Below, piece after piece: positions 33,595-42,823 of a stretch of 64,000 nucleotides of DNA. The DNA comes from Verrucomicrobiota bacterium (GTDB lineage Bacteria; Verrucomicrobiota; Verrucomicrobiia; Limisphaerales; UBA11358). The notes beneath the pieces were generated by a model. That model searched no databases and was not told the DNA's origin. It saw only the letters and a list, made by a program, of their open reading frames with translations. The DNA lies in assembly GCA_036803685.1 (NCBI GenBank), contig DAIRTX010000011.1, positions 303 through 64,302 on the forward strand. Direction: 5' to 3'. Both the position numbers and the translations under genes were made by a program. Within the stretch, counting starts at the first letter, position 1. The number at the start of each line of letters is the position of its first letter.

Positions 33595-34008
33595 ATGAAA
33601 ACGAAAACATTGCTCACCACACTCGCCATCGGCGCGATTTGTCAATTCGCGCCGCAGATCTGCCAGGGACAGGACATTGATTCCATGGCACCCGCCGTCG
33701 TGAAAACGGTTCCTGAAGCCGGTACCAAGGACGTTGCGCCCGGCGAAATGGAGATTCGCGTCACGTTCAGCAAGGACATGATGGATCAATCCTGGAGCTG
33801 GAGCACCGTGTGGAAGGATTCCGACGCGACAAGTATCGGGAAGCCTCACTACGACACCAATCATCGCACGTGTATCCTGAAGGTGAAACTGGAACCGAAC
33901 AAGACGTATGGTTACTGGCTCAACAGCCCGAATTTTCACGGCTTCAAAGACGCGCAAGGTCATTCCGCCGTACCCTATCTGCTGGTGTTTCAAACGAAGG
34001 CACAATGA
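33595..34008 (+). CDS. Small secreted Ig-like protein, paralogue of the kinase C-terminal domain
   Basis: 137 aa with a signal peptide. About 55-60% identical by eye to the last ~106 aa of 29676..31937 (shared IRVxFSKxMxDxSWSWST...RTCxLKxKLEP..TY..WLNS...AVPYLLxFQTK). Confidence 0.75.
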   Translation: MKTKTLLTTLAIGAICQFAPQICQGQDIDSMAPAVVKTVPEAGTKDVAPGEMEIRVTFSKDMMDQSWSWSTVWKDSDATSIGKPHYDTNHRTCILKVKLEPNKTYGYWLNSPNFHGFKDAQGHSAVPYLLVFQTKAQ

Positions 34009-34081
34009 TGGGTTCTCAAAGATTCTGATCGGAACGAGCCGCGCTTGACTTGCCACGTCAGCACGCCAACTCTTTCCGATC

Positions 34082-34762
34082 ATGAAAAACAAACTTTCAA
34101 TCTGCCTGGCCGCGACGTTTTTTTTGGCTCTGGCAAACTGTGAGAAATGTGCGGCGGCGGAGATTTCGCCCGGCACCGCCCCGGCCAGTGGCATCGAGCT
34201 TTTCAACGCCAAAGATTTTTCCGGCTGGACGTTTTGTATGAGGTCAAACGCCAACCCCGCACTGGCCTGGACCGTCACCAACGGCGTGATTCATTGCACC
34301 GGCAAACCAACCGGTTATCTCCGCACGAAACAAAATTACCGCGATTACAAACTCACGGTTGAATGGCGCTTCGTGAAAGTCGCGCCCAAGGCCGACAACA
34401 CCGGCGTGCTCCTGCACATGCAATTGCCGGATGAAGTCTGGCCCCCCTGTATCCAGGCCCAGGGGAAATACAGCAATCAAGGCGATTGGATTTTGATGGC
34501 GGGTGCGGAATGCAAGGAACACAAAGGCATGGACGCCAACGCGCCGGCCCCGAAGCAGGGACCCTCAAATGAAAAACCCGTCGGTGAGTGGAACAATTAC
34601 GAAATGGTCTGCTCCGGCAGCGACGTCAAAGCCTACGTCAACGGCAAATTCATGAACGAAGCGACCGAATGCACCGTGACGGCCGGTACGATTGGCTTTC
34701 AAAGCGAAGGCGGCGAATTTGAAATCCGCAAAGTATTTTTGGAGCCGCTGAAATCGCGGTGA
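34082..34762 (+). CDS. DUF1080 (3-keto-disaccharide hydrolase-like) secreted protein
   Basis: 226 aa with a signal peptide. Motifs LFNAKDFSGW...VTNGVIHCTGKPTGYLRTKQNYRDYKLTVEWR...GFQSEGGEFEIRKVFLEPL. Confidence 0.8.
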   Translation: MKNKLSICLAATFFLALANCEKCAAAEISPGTAPASGIELFNAKDFSGWTFCMRSNANPALAWTVTNGVIHCTGKPTGYLRTKQNYRDYKLTVEWRFVKVAPKADNTGVLLHMQLPDEVWPPCIQAQGKYSNQGDWILMAGAECKEHKGMDANAPAPKQGPSNEKPVGEWNNYEMVCSGSDVKAYVNGKFMNEATECTVTAGTIGFQSEGGEFEIRKVFLEPLKSR

Positions 34763-34866
34763 TTTTTGCATTGCCGGCTACCCGGGCGCCGGCGCAAATT
34801 GTTCGAGGCATTTCTGCCGGTTTGGGCTAATGCAGAGTGGACAGAAAAACAAAAAACAATTCCACC

Positions 34867-36060
34867 ATGAATTCCAAACTGCATCTGCAAAGTCTGGCGG
34901 CCATCTTTTTCCTCATCGTCTCCCTGAGCGTGGCCCTCACCCTGACGTTCGCGGCAGTGTCGGGTTTCGCTGCGGATGTTGCCAATCCCCCGGCCAACGA
35001 CTGGGTGACGCTCTGGCAGCGGAGCGATGTTGCGATGCCCGTCCCTGTCACGGTGCGCGTCGGTGCCGGTGAGCTGGGTGGGTTGGGTGAGGACCTGGAA
35101 AACCGCGATTGGCAGATGGTGTCGACTGGGCATCATCAACTGTATTTCCAGCCTTCCGCGGACAGGGCGAAGGTGGCGGAGTTGTACCGGTTGCTGGATC
35201 GCGTGTATGTCTTCCTCAGTGGCCGCAACCCCGCCAAGCCCTCGACACCGATCAAGGCCTTCCTGGTGCCTAACGAGCGTGGCCATTCGCGTTGCAGCCA
35301 ATCCGTGAGCGCCATGCGCACCGGCGAGCAAGGCGAACTGCCGTTCCTGTTGACCAGCCTGTTGCACGAAGAGACGCACCTCTTCAACTTCGCGTTCCTA
35401 GGTCGGAAGCCGCAGAACTGGTGGTGTGGCGAATTCTCCTGCATCTATTTCCAGGAACGCGCACGGCTGGACGCCGAACACCGCGACCTCAGGAAGGAAC
35501 TCAGCAGCCGGCTGCCGAAGGGTCCCATCGGCCCGCTCGCGGAGTTGGATCGCCACGGCAAGGACGCTTTTGATGAAGCCGTGGCGGCGATGTTCTTCCT
35601 CGAAGAAACCTATGGCTGCGCCAGGTTCAATGACTTTCGTCGTCAATGCCTGGCCTCGGCCAAAGCCAGCAATGGAGGGAAGTTGCCGGAGTCAATCTTC
35701 AAGCAAGTTTTCGGCAAGGACAGCACGACGTTGGACAAGGAGTGGCGGGCGTTTTTTGGCTGGCCGGAGATCAGAGTGGCGGCGAAACCGGCTTCCACCG
35801 ACCCGCGTTTGGAGACCAAGGTCAGCTACGCCACCGAGAAGGCCAGCGTGCAAGACATCGTCAGGAGCCTCGCCGAGCAGGCAGGCCTTCAATACGACTT
35901 CCAGAAATCCTTCGCCCAAACCGATCCCGTCTGCCGCCGCTGGGTGGAAGGCGTGGCGATCCGGGATAAATCCTGCCGCGACGCATTGGAGGAGATTCTC
36001 GGGCCGGTGGGGCTTCGGTATCAGGTGGAGAACGGAACGATTGTCTTGTACCGCAAATAG
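34867..36060 (+). CDS. Secreted putative HEXXH metallopeptidase with a C-terminal STN-like domain
   Basis: ORF track starts at GTG 34837; ATG 34867 gives MNSKLHLQSLAAIFFLIVSLSVALTLTFA. LLHEETHLF contains HEXXH. The C-terminal ~70 aa (VQDIVRSLAEQAGLQYDF...GLRYQVENGTIVLYRK) looks like a secretin/TonB short N-terminal domain. Confidence 0.55.
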   Translation: MNSKLHLQSLAAIFFLIVSLSVALTLTFAAVSGFAADVANPPANDWVTLWQRSDVAMPVPVTVRVGAGELGGLGEDLENRDWQMVSTGHHQLYFQPSADRAKVAELYRLLDRVYVFLSGRNPAKPSTPIKAFLVPNERGHSRCSQSVSAMRTGEQGELPFLLTSLLHEETHLFNFAFLGRKPQNWWCGEFSCIYFQERARLDAEHRDLRKELSSRLPKGPIGPLAELDRHGKDAFDEAVAAMFFLEETYGCARFNDFRRQCLASAKASNGGKLPESIFKQVFGKDSTTLDKEWRAFFGWPEIRVAAKPASTDPRLETKVSYATEKASVQDIVRSLAEQAGLQYDFQKSFAQTDPVCRRWVEGVAIRDKSCRDALEEILGPVGLRYQVENGTIVLYRK

Positions 36061-36094
36061 GCAGGAAACGCACCGGCCATCCGTCCAGGCATCG

Positions 36095-36265
36095 TTGCCC
36101 CCGACAAAACCCGTTGCCTCCATTCAACCGCGCTCTCTGACCGACGACGAACTCCTGGCGCTTTTCCCGAACACACCGGTCGGGCTGGCCACGTTGCCCG
36201 ACGGCAAAAAGCTCCTGATCTTTCCGCGGCCCGGAGACGAAAAACGGTTTGTCATCCGCCTGTAA
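36095..36265 (+). CDS. Possible small ORF (56 aa, TTG start)
   Basis: The tail of the listed 35426..36265 frame reads protein-like (LTDDELLALFPNTPVGLATLPDGKKLLIFPRPGDEKRFVIRL) with G/C-rich third positions. No homology recognised. Confidence 0.25.
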   Translation: MPPTKPVASIQPRSLTDDELLALFPNTPVGLATLPDGKKLLIFPRPGDEKRFVIRL

Positions 36266-36272
36266 ACCGGTT

Positions 36273-36554
36273 TCACGCCGGCGACTTCCGCAATTGGACG
36301 AGGGTGGCGCCCCAGCCGCCGAATTGCGGGTGGTCCAGCGCGAACGACACAACGTCCGGATGTTTCGCCAGGATGGCGTGGACGGTGCGCCGCAGGTTGC
36401 CGATGCCTTTGCCGTGGATGATGCGCACCTGGAGGATGCCGCGCGCCTGACACGCAATCAGATAGTCCGGCACCAGATCCTTCACCTCGCGCGGCTGGAA
36501 CGTGTGCAAATCCAGCACCCCGTCAATCGGCAGTTGAACCGGTTCGTCAGCCAT
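36273..36554 (-). CDS. Smr-domain protein
   Basis: 93 aa. [11 protein letters not shown]...[24 protein letters not shown]. Overlaps the cca stop by 8 nt. Confidence 0.8.
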   Translation of the reverse strand: MADEPVQLPIDGVLDLHTFQPREVKDLVPDYLIACQARGILQVRIIHGKGIGNLRRTVHAILAKHPDVVSFALDHPQFGGWGATLVQLRKSPA

Positions 36555-38016
36555 GCGCCAGCCGTTTCCTTGCCCACGCCCTGGCCTGGCGCGGCGTTTT
36601 TAGTTCATCCTGCAACTGTTTTTCGCGGATTTCCGCGAGCAATGCACCCATCGCCGGACCAGGTTTCACGCCCAGTGCAATCAAATCGTCGCCGGTGAGC
36701 AACGGCGGTCGAATCGCCGGCTGTTTCTCCAATTCCGCCGCCTGCTCGATCAAAAAATCGTAGAGATCCAAATCGCCGTGCGAGCCGAGGCAGTCCAGCC
36801 GGTGCAATTCGAGTTCGAGCGGAAATGTCTCGCGCAACAGCAGCCGCCGCAGCGTGGCCTTCCGCATTTGCTTCACGTCCTTGAACTGCATGTGCTGCCG
36901 CACGCACGCGACGATTTCGTCCGTTTGCTTTTTCGGAAAGCGCAACCGCTGCAAAATCCTTTCCGCCAGCGCCGCGCCGACTTTTTCGTGGCCATAGAAA
37001 TGGATTTTGCCCGTGGCTGGATCGCGCTCGGCCGTGGCCGGCTTGGCGATGTCATGCAAAATCACCATCCACGGCAGCGATGGATGCGCGTTCGGCGGCA
37101 GTTTCTCCAGCATCAGCCGGATGTGCTCAAACACCGTGCCTTCGGGATGAAAATCCGGCGATTGCTCGCACACTATGGTGGCAACGAGTTCGGGCAAAAC
37201 ACCGGGCAGCAATCCGCTGTCGCGCAACAAAACCAGACCGCGCGCGGCAGGCGACATCATTTTCCCCCTCACCCCGCCCAAGCGGGGAGAGGGCCGGGGT
37301 GAGGGGGGTTGAGTTTTGAAATTATCGGCCTCCTCACCCCTGCCCTCTCCTCCTTTTGGGGAGGAGAGGGAGACGTTTTCGTGCGGTGGAGAAAACAATT
37401 TGATGAGTTCGTCGCGAATCCGCTCGGCGCTGATGAGTTCGATTTTCGGCGCGAGTGTCCTGACCGCGGCAAAGGTTTGCGGCTCGATTTCAAAACCCAA
37501 TTGCGCGGCAAACCGCACCGCGCGCAGCAAACGCAAATGGTCTTCGGCGAACCGTTCGCCCGGCGAGCCGATGGTGCGGATGATTTTCGCGCGCAAATCT
37601 TTTTCACCGCCGACCCAATCGTGGAGCTTTTCCGCGACCGGATCGTAGAAAAGTCCGTTCACGGTGAAATCGCGCCGCTGCGCATCGGCTTCGGCGTCGC
37701 CGAACGTGACCTGCTCCGGATGCCGGCCGTCGCGATAATCCGCCTCGGCGCGAAACGTGGCGACCTGGAATGGCCGGCCGTTTTCAACGACGACCATCAC
37801 ACCGAATTTGCGGCCGACAGCGACGATGCGTTTGAACAGTTTTTCGATCTGCTCCGGCAGCGCAGACGTGGCGATGTCGTAATCGCCCGGCTCGCGTCCC
37901 AGCAAAAAATCGCGCACGCAGCCGCCGACCCAGAACGCGCTGAAACCCGCACCGTGCAAACGACGCACGATGTCGGCAGCGATTCCCTTGGGTGAACTTG
38001 ATTTAGAGTCAGGCAT
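36547..38016 (-). CDS. cca: CCA-adding enzyme / poly(A) polymerase-family tRNA nucleotidyltransferase with HD domain
   Basis: 489 aa. Motifs [40 protein letters not shown]. Carries an inserted repeat-encoded segment. Confidence 0.85.
   Translation of the reverse strand: MPDSKSSSPKGIAADIVRRLHGAGFSAFWVGGCVRDFLLGREPGDYDIATSALPEQIEKLFKRIVAVGRKFGVMVVVENGRPFQVATFRAEADYRDGRHPEQVTFGDAEADAQRRDFTVNGLFYDPVAEKLHDWVGGEKDLRAKIIRTIGSPGERFAEDHLRLLRAVRFAAQLGFEIEPQTFAAVRTLAPKIELISAERIRDELIKLFSPPHENVSLSSPKGGEGRGEEADNFKTQPPSPRPSPRLGGVRGKMMSPAARGLVLLRDSGLLPGVLPELVATIVCEQSPDFHPEGTVFEHIRLMLEKLPPNAHPSLPWMVILHDIAKPATAERDPATGKIHFYGHEKVGAALAERILQRLRFPKKQTDEIVACVRQHMQFKDVKQMRKATLRRLLLRETFPLELELHRLDCLGSHGDLDLYDFLIEQAAELEKQPAIRPPLLTGDDLIALGVKPGPAMGALLAEIREKQLQDELKTPRQARAWARKRLAHG
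37264..37370. repeat. Double-hairpin GC-rich repeat embedded in frame in cca
   Basis: CCCCCTCACCCCG...CCGGGGTGAGGGGGG and CCCTCTCCTCC-ttttgg-GGAGGAGAGGG. Related to the intergenic copy at 57937..57988. Confidence 0.8.
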
Positions 38017-38070
38017 TTTCCCGGACTTCAGCCTACCACAAAGCTGAAAGGATGGCTTGATTTTACCGAA

Positions 38071-39819
38071 TCAGGAACCGCGCAGAAAGATTTTGAACAC
38101 AATCGCGATGTCCCCCGGTTGGTTCTTCGGTTGCCGGATGACGAGCGCGTCGTCGGTTTGCGTCCACTTGAGTTTTTCACTGCAATCATGCTGCATCAGC
38201 AGCGTGGCGAGATGTTCGACTGGCTGCCGCGATTTTTTTTGCCCGCCGTCGAGCAATTCAATTTTGCGGATGGGATTGTCGAGCAGCCCGGCGGATTTGC
38301 CGAGCGACTTGATGCTCACGCCGTTCGTCGGCCAGCCCAGCACAATGGCGTAAAGCGTATTGCCTTTGCTCGTGAAACGGACATCTTGGGCGGTGAACGG
38401 CTTGCCTTTCCCTTCGTTGAATCCCTGCGCGCTCAACGCCGCACCGCCGGAAGCCGGACCTTCGCCAAACACTTTCCACGGACGTGTGCCGAAGATGCTC
38501 TCCCGGTTCATGTCCATCCACGCCGCGATGCCTTCCACCACCTTGATTTCCTTGTCATCAATCGTGCCGTCGCCGCGCACGGGAACGTTAAGCAACAAAT
38601 TGCCGTTTTTGCTGACAATGTCGGCCAGCGTTTGAATGACCGTTTTCGCACTCTTGTAGCCGTTGCGGTTGTAGAGGCCGCGGTCGTAATGCCAGTTGCC
38701 CAGACAGGTGTCGGTCTGCCACGGCTGCGGTTCGATTTTATTGGCCTGGCCGCGTTCGATGTCCCACACCATGCACTGGCGTTGCTGCTCGTTTAGGATT
38801 TTGCCGAACAGCACGCCGTCGTCCTGTTCGCCGTGCCACTTGATGTTACTGTTGTAAAAATGCGCGGCAATCTTCAACCCCGCGTCGCTGATGGGCCACA
38901 ACGGCAGCGCCGTGTCGTCAAAATAAATCAAATCCGGGTGGTATTTATTGATGAGGTCAACCGTGCGGTTGTAAAACTTGTCGCAGTAGGCCTGGTCGGG
39001 AAGGCTCGCACCGTTGCCCCAATTCCACTGGGAATGAATGGCCCGCGGGTTGGTGCTGTCCCGGCTCCGCGCATGGTTTTGTGCGTAGAGGTCCTGGGGA
39101 TCGAGACCGTCCCACCATTGGCCTTGGCCGTCGGCCTTGGTGAGCTTGCCGTCATAATCCTGCGCCGGCTCATACCAAGTCCAGGCATGCGCGGCATGCA
39201 CACTGACGCCGAAGCGCAATCCATTTTTCCGCGCCGCCCTGGCCCAGCCGCCAATCAAATCCTTTTTCGGCCCGACGTTGACCGAGTTCCACGGCTGATA
39301 CCGGCTGTTCCAGTTGTCAAAGTTGTCATGATGGTTGGCCAGCGCGAAGAAGTATTGCGCCCCGGCGCGTTTGTAGAGCGCCATGAGCTTTTCCGGGTCC
39401 CAGTTCTCCGCCTTCCATTTATGAATCACATCCTTGAAACCGAACTGTGCGGGTGAACCATAGTGGTTCGTGTGAAATTTATACTGCCCGGCGCCAGTCT
39501 GATACATGCCGCGCGCATACCAGTCGCCGTCCTCCGGCTCGCACTGCGGCCCCCAGTGCGCCCAGATGCCGAACTTCGCGTCCCGAAACCATTCCGGGCA
39601 TTGATATTGTTTTAATGACTCCCAGGTCGGTTGAAAGATGCCGGTCTGCACCGGCTCGGCAGCGGTGTTGACCATAACCGGCGCGGGGTTGGTTTCTTCG
39701 GCAACGACGGCGGCCGTCAGGGTCAAAACCGCAACCCCGACCAGGCTGGCCTTCCGGAATGGGGCGGACGGAATGAGGATTCTTATGAAAGAATAGGGTC
39801 GTTTATTTTTGTAGCACAT
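38071..39819 (-). CDS. Alpha-L-fucosidase (GH29)
   Basis: Motif PTWESLKQYQCPEWFRDAKFGIWAHWGPQ plus GH29-like length. ORF track starts at TTG 39825; ATG 39819 is preferred. Confidence 0.85.
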   Translation of the reverse strand: MCYKNKRPYSFIRILIPSAPFRKASLVGVAVLTLTAAVVAEETNPAPVMVNTAAEPVQTGIFQPTWESLKQYQCPEWFRDAKFGIWAHWGPQCEPEDGDWYARGMYQTGAGQYKFHTNHYGSPAQFGFKDVIHKWKAENWDPEKLMALYKRAGAQYFFALANHHDNFDNWNSRYQPWNSVNVGPKKDLIGGWARAARKNGLRFGVSVHAAHAWTWYEPAQDYDGKLTKADGQGQWWDGLDPQDLYAQNHARSRDSTNPRAIHSQWNWGNGASLPDQAYCDKFYNRTVDLINKYHPDLIYFDDTALPLWPISDAGLKIAAHFYNSNIKWHGEQDDGVLFGKILNEQQRQCMVWDIERGQANKIEPQPWQTDTCLGNWHYDRGLYNRNGYKSAKTVIQTLADIVSKNGNLLLNVPVRGDGTIDDKEIKVVEGIAAWMDMNRESIFGTRPWKVFGEGPASGGAALSAQGFNEGKGKPFTAQDVRFTSKGNTLYAIVLGWPTNGVSIKSLGKSAGLLDNPIRKIELLDGGQKKSRQPVEHLATLLMQHDCSEKLKWTQTDDALVIRQPKNQPGDIAIVFKIFLRGS

Positions 39820-39935
39820 GGGCAATCCAATTCAATCTTTCACATTCCTTTGCCGGATTCAGGCTTGCGCGTCAAGGGCGGTCACCTGAAGCCGCAGGAA
39901 CTGTGCGCGGCCATTTCGCAGGTCAACGTGTCAGA

Positions 39936-41312
39936 CTACACCGCGCAGGGCGCGAGAATCGCGTCGGCCATGCCGTGAACAATTTTTTTGTCGGCGGGAA
40001 CGATGGTTGCCAGCACACCGCCGAGTTGCGGGCGCGCCGCGTCGCCCTCGCCGGACACAAAATAATACGGACACAGCCGCGCCCGGCCTTTCATCGGCAC
40101 AACTTCATTCTTCGCGAAGTCAAACCACTGCGTCTCGACCAGCGCGGGTTTGTGATAACGCTGGAGAACGCGCGGCGACTGCTCGAAATGTTGAATGGCA
40201 TCATCCACCGCCTTTGCCCAATCTTCGTGCGACAAATCACTGCCGAGAAAAACCCCGCGCGCGCCCCAGGCATGAGCCGAGAAGCCCGACACTTTCAAAA
40301 TCAGATCGCGCTCTTTCTGCGACAGGGTTTTGAGTTGCTGCCAGTCCGTGAGATTCAATTCGGGAATCGCCGCCTGTGGCGGCAATGGCGTCGGGTCAAC
40401 GATCCACGTGTAAGGAACCAGCTTTTTCAGCCGCGCAAAAAAGTTCTCGCCGAGTTCCTGCCGCCAGAAGTTTTGCAAATTGCGATTCCACAAAAGCGCG
40501 AAGAGCATTTTTTCCTCGAACACCGGCTTCGGCGGCGGCGTGAGGCGAATCCGCTTCCCGGCAGCGAGATCGAAAATTTTCTTTGAATTCGCCACATTCG
40601 GCAAATCGAACAATTCAAAAAACCGGTAAATCGCGTTGCCATCGGCGAAATCGTTGAAACGTGAATCGTGAACCGTGAATCGTGGGCCGAGCTGTTCGCA
40701 CAACCAACTCATCTCCGGCCGATACGTCGCCGCTTCCTCGGACACGATAATGTGAACCGTTTTGGCGTCGCCGAAGATGGATTCAAACCCGCGCAACATG
40801 CCGTCCGCACCGCCGATCAACGTGCTGCCAGCATCTTGCTGGCAGTTCCGTTCTGCATTCGAGATTTGCCGGCAAGATGCCGGCAACACGCTGCTGTACG
40901 TCTGGTTGAGCCAGCCTGTCAGCCCGATGCCGCCGGGGACGGAATCCAATTCTGTGATACTGATCCCCTGCTCTGTGAGCAGCAAATCGGGGCGAATAAC
41001 GCGCGGCACGTCGTTTTTGAGCGCAGGCGAACGCTGGAGCGCAATGAGTTCCGCCGGTTTGCCGAGGTCGAGCCAGCGGGCAATCCATTCCGGCTGTTTG
41101 CCCTCGGCGCTTTTGCGGTAAAGCAAATTGACCGCCCGGTAAAACTGCAGCAGCACGCGGCCGAGCGATTCGATTTCCTTTGCCAGGTTTTCACCGATCG
41201 GAAACGGCGTTGGGGAAATGCGCCAGTCGAGTCCGGCAAAGAGTCCGCCAGCTGGAATTTGATCGCGGATAAAACGGGCGCGCTCGACTAAAGAAATGTT
41301 TTGGGCAAGCAC
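39936..41312 (-). CDS. ATP-grasp-like protein (glutathionylspermidine-synthase / circularly permuted ATP-grasp-like), function unknown
   Basis: 458 aa with GTG start. VIRPDLLLTEQGISITELDSVPGGIGLTGWL resembles the pre-ATP-grasp segment of that superfamily. Weak family call. Confidence 0.55.
   Translation of the reverse strand: MLAQNISLVERARFIRDQIPAGGLFAGLDWRISPTPFPIGENLAKEIESLGRVLLQFYRAVNLLYRKSAEGKQPEWIARWLDLGKPAELIALQRSPALKNDVPRVIRPDLLLTEQGISITELDSVPGGIGLTGWLNQTYSSVLPASCRQISNAERNCQQDAGSTLIGGADGMLRGFESIFGDAKTVHIIVSEEAATYRPEMSWLCEQLGPRFTVHDSRFNDFADGNAIYRFFELFDLPNVANSKKIFDLAAGKRIRLTPPPKPVFEEKMLFALLWNRNLQNFWRQELGENFFARLKKLVPYTWIVDPTPLPPQAAIPELNLTDWQQLKTLSQKERDLILKVSGFSAHAWGARGVFLGSDLSHEDWAKAVDDAIQHFEQSPRVLQRYHKPALVETQWFDFAKNEVVPMKGRARLCPYYFVSGEGDAARPQLGGVLATIVPADKKIVHGMADAILAPCAV
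40825..40886. repeat. Twin-hairpin repeat embedded in frame in the ATP-grasp-like gene
   Basis: CTGCCAGCA-tct-TGCTGGCAG and TTGCCGGCA-aga-TGCCGGCAA. Encodes ...LPASCRQISNAERNCQQDAGST... Confidence 0.8.
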
Positions 41313-41328
41313 AACGACAGTATTAAAA

Positions 41329-41847
41329 TCAGTGAGTCTTGGCAGTTTCCTTTTCGATCATGGCAATGAGCTTCTTGAATTCAGGCTCGCTGTAACCTAT
41401 TGATTGAAAAACAATGCTGCCATCAGCATTGATCAGAAAATTGCGTGGAATGTATTTTGTCGCGAATTCAGAATACACACTACGCTTTGGGTCGCAGGCA
41501 ATCGGAAATCCAAGCTGGTATTTCTTCTGGCAATCTTTGACAACCTGCTCGGTTTCTTCACGGTCAATCGCGACCATTAGAAAATTTTTATCCTTAAACC
41601 TATTCCATATTTCGCCCTGTAAATGTGGCATTTCAGCCATGCACGGCCCGCACCATGCCGCGAAAAAATTAACCAACACAACTTTGCCTTTGGCGTCCTT
41701 CAAATCAAAGTTTTTCCCATCAAGAGTCGTAATGTGGATTGGCGGTGCGGCTTGTCCGACTTTGGTCAAAGTCGTTCCTTCCATGTCCGGCTGTGCGAGC
41801 ATTGAAAGTGAGGCAAACCAGCAGGATAAACATAATAGTTTTTTCAT
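41329..41847 (-). CDS. TlpA/ResA-like thiol:disulfide oxidoreductase (thioredoxin fold)
   Basis: VVLVNFFAAWCGPCMAEMPHL. Start moved to ATG 41847 (MKKLLCLSCWFASLSMLA signal peptide). Confidence 0.8.
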   Translation of the reverse strand: MKKLLCLSCWFASLSMLAQPDMEGTTLTKVGQAAPPIHITTLDGKNFDLKDAKGKVVLVNFFAAWCGPCMAEMPHLQGEIWNRFKDKNFLMVAIDREETEQVVKDCQKKYQLGFPIACDPKRSVYSEFATKYIPRNFLINADGSIVFQSIGYSEPEFKKLIAMIEKETAKTH

Positions 41848-41924
41848 ATTTTTAGATTCCAACCTGTCCGTTCCCGATGCCAATCCACTTGTAATACCAA
41901 TTCCCAGAGACAATCGGTGCAATG

Positions 41925-42018
41925 GGTAGGGCGGCGCTGCTGCGCCGCCGGGTATGATGGCCGCGCAGCAGCACGGCCCTACCGTCTGGAATAGGTGCCG
42001 ATTATTATCGGAAAATGG
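41925..42018. repeat. 94-bp palindromic dispersed repeat, copy 2 (inverted relative to 811..904)
   Basis: Reverse complement matches 811..904 at 91/94 positions. Confidence 0.85.
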
Positions 42019-42058
42019 TATAACTGGTCAATTCGTTTAGCCCCATTAGGCGGCGCGT

Positions 42059-42550
42059 TCATTTCTTGATTCGCTTTTTGTTCAGCGTCTGTTTGCTTTG
42101 CAGCGTGCGGAGCGTGTTTTGCAAAACAGGAATGACGAGCCGGTCTTTGGGACGGTTCGCGGCTTGCTTGCTGGCCAGGATGCGTTCCAACGACAGCACC
42201 TTGAGTTGTAGTTTGCCGACTTTGATTTCCAGGGAGTGTTTCCATTCGTCGGCAAACTTCCCCAACCCGTCCATGCGAATGACCACGTCAAAAGGGTCGC
42301 TGCCCGGACCGCCGAGCATGGGCGGGTTGATGCCGAACGGTGGAATGTAGGCTGCGCCCACTTTGACCAGGGCTTGCGACAATTTCGGGTTGCTCAAATC
42401 GTCAAACCAGAGGTCAATGTCCTCGGTGACGACGGGCGCGCCTTGCAGCGCGGCGGCGGAAAGTCCCACCACCATAAAACGGATTTTATGGCGGAGTAGC
42501 GACTCCAACAGCCGGAGTTCAGCTTCTGAAAGCGGTAAAACCTCGGCCAC
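42059..42550 (-). CDS. Nucleotidyltransferase-fold protein (MNT/AbiEii-like)
   Basis: 163 aa. FMVVGLSAAALQGAPVVTEDIDLWFDD is a GS...D.D-type motif. Family call is tentative. Confidence 0.5.
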   Translation of the reverse strand: MAEVLPLSEAELRLLESLLRHKIRFMVVGLSAAALQGAPVVTEDIDLWFDDLSNPKLSQALVKVGAAYIPPFGINPPMLGGPGSDPFDVVIRMDGLGKFADEWKHSLEIKVGKLQLKVLSLERILASKQAANRPKDRLVIPVLQNTLRTLQSKQTLNKKRIKK

Positions 42551-42734
42551 GGCGCAAACTCCGGTTCAGCCGCACCAACGGCGGCGATTGCAGTGAGATC
42601 AACGTGAGACGCACATCCTCCGGGTCGGCCTCGGGATGGCGCGACATCACGACGGCGACATCGCCGGCCAGTTTTTTAGCCCAGCGATGCGACGCGGCGG
42701 CGGATAAACGCGTTGAAGATGCCCTTCGTCTCAT
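42519..42734 (-). CDS. Possible small partner ORF upstream of the nucleotidyltransferase
   Basis: Listed 71-aa ORF overlapping the downstream start by 32 nt. No motif recognised. True start may be ATG 42644 (MSRHPEADPEDV...). Confidence 0.2.
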   Translation of the reverse strand: MRRRASSTRLSAAASHRWAKKLAGDVAVVMSRHPEADPEDVRLTLISLQSPPLVRLNRSLRRGRGFTAFRS

Positions 42735-42823
42735 GGGACAAGTTTATCCAACCAAGCCGTGCTCGTCGAGAGTTGAATCGGGCACCCGCTGCCCATCGTC
42801 AAAAAACAGGATGGCCCGAAACG

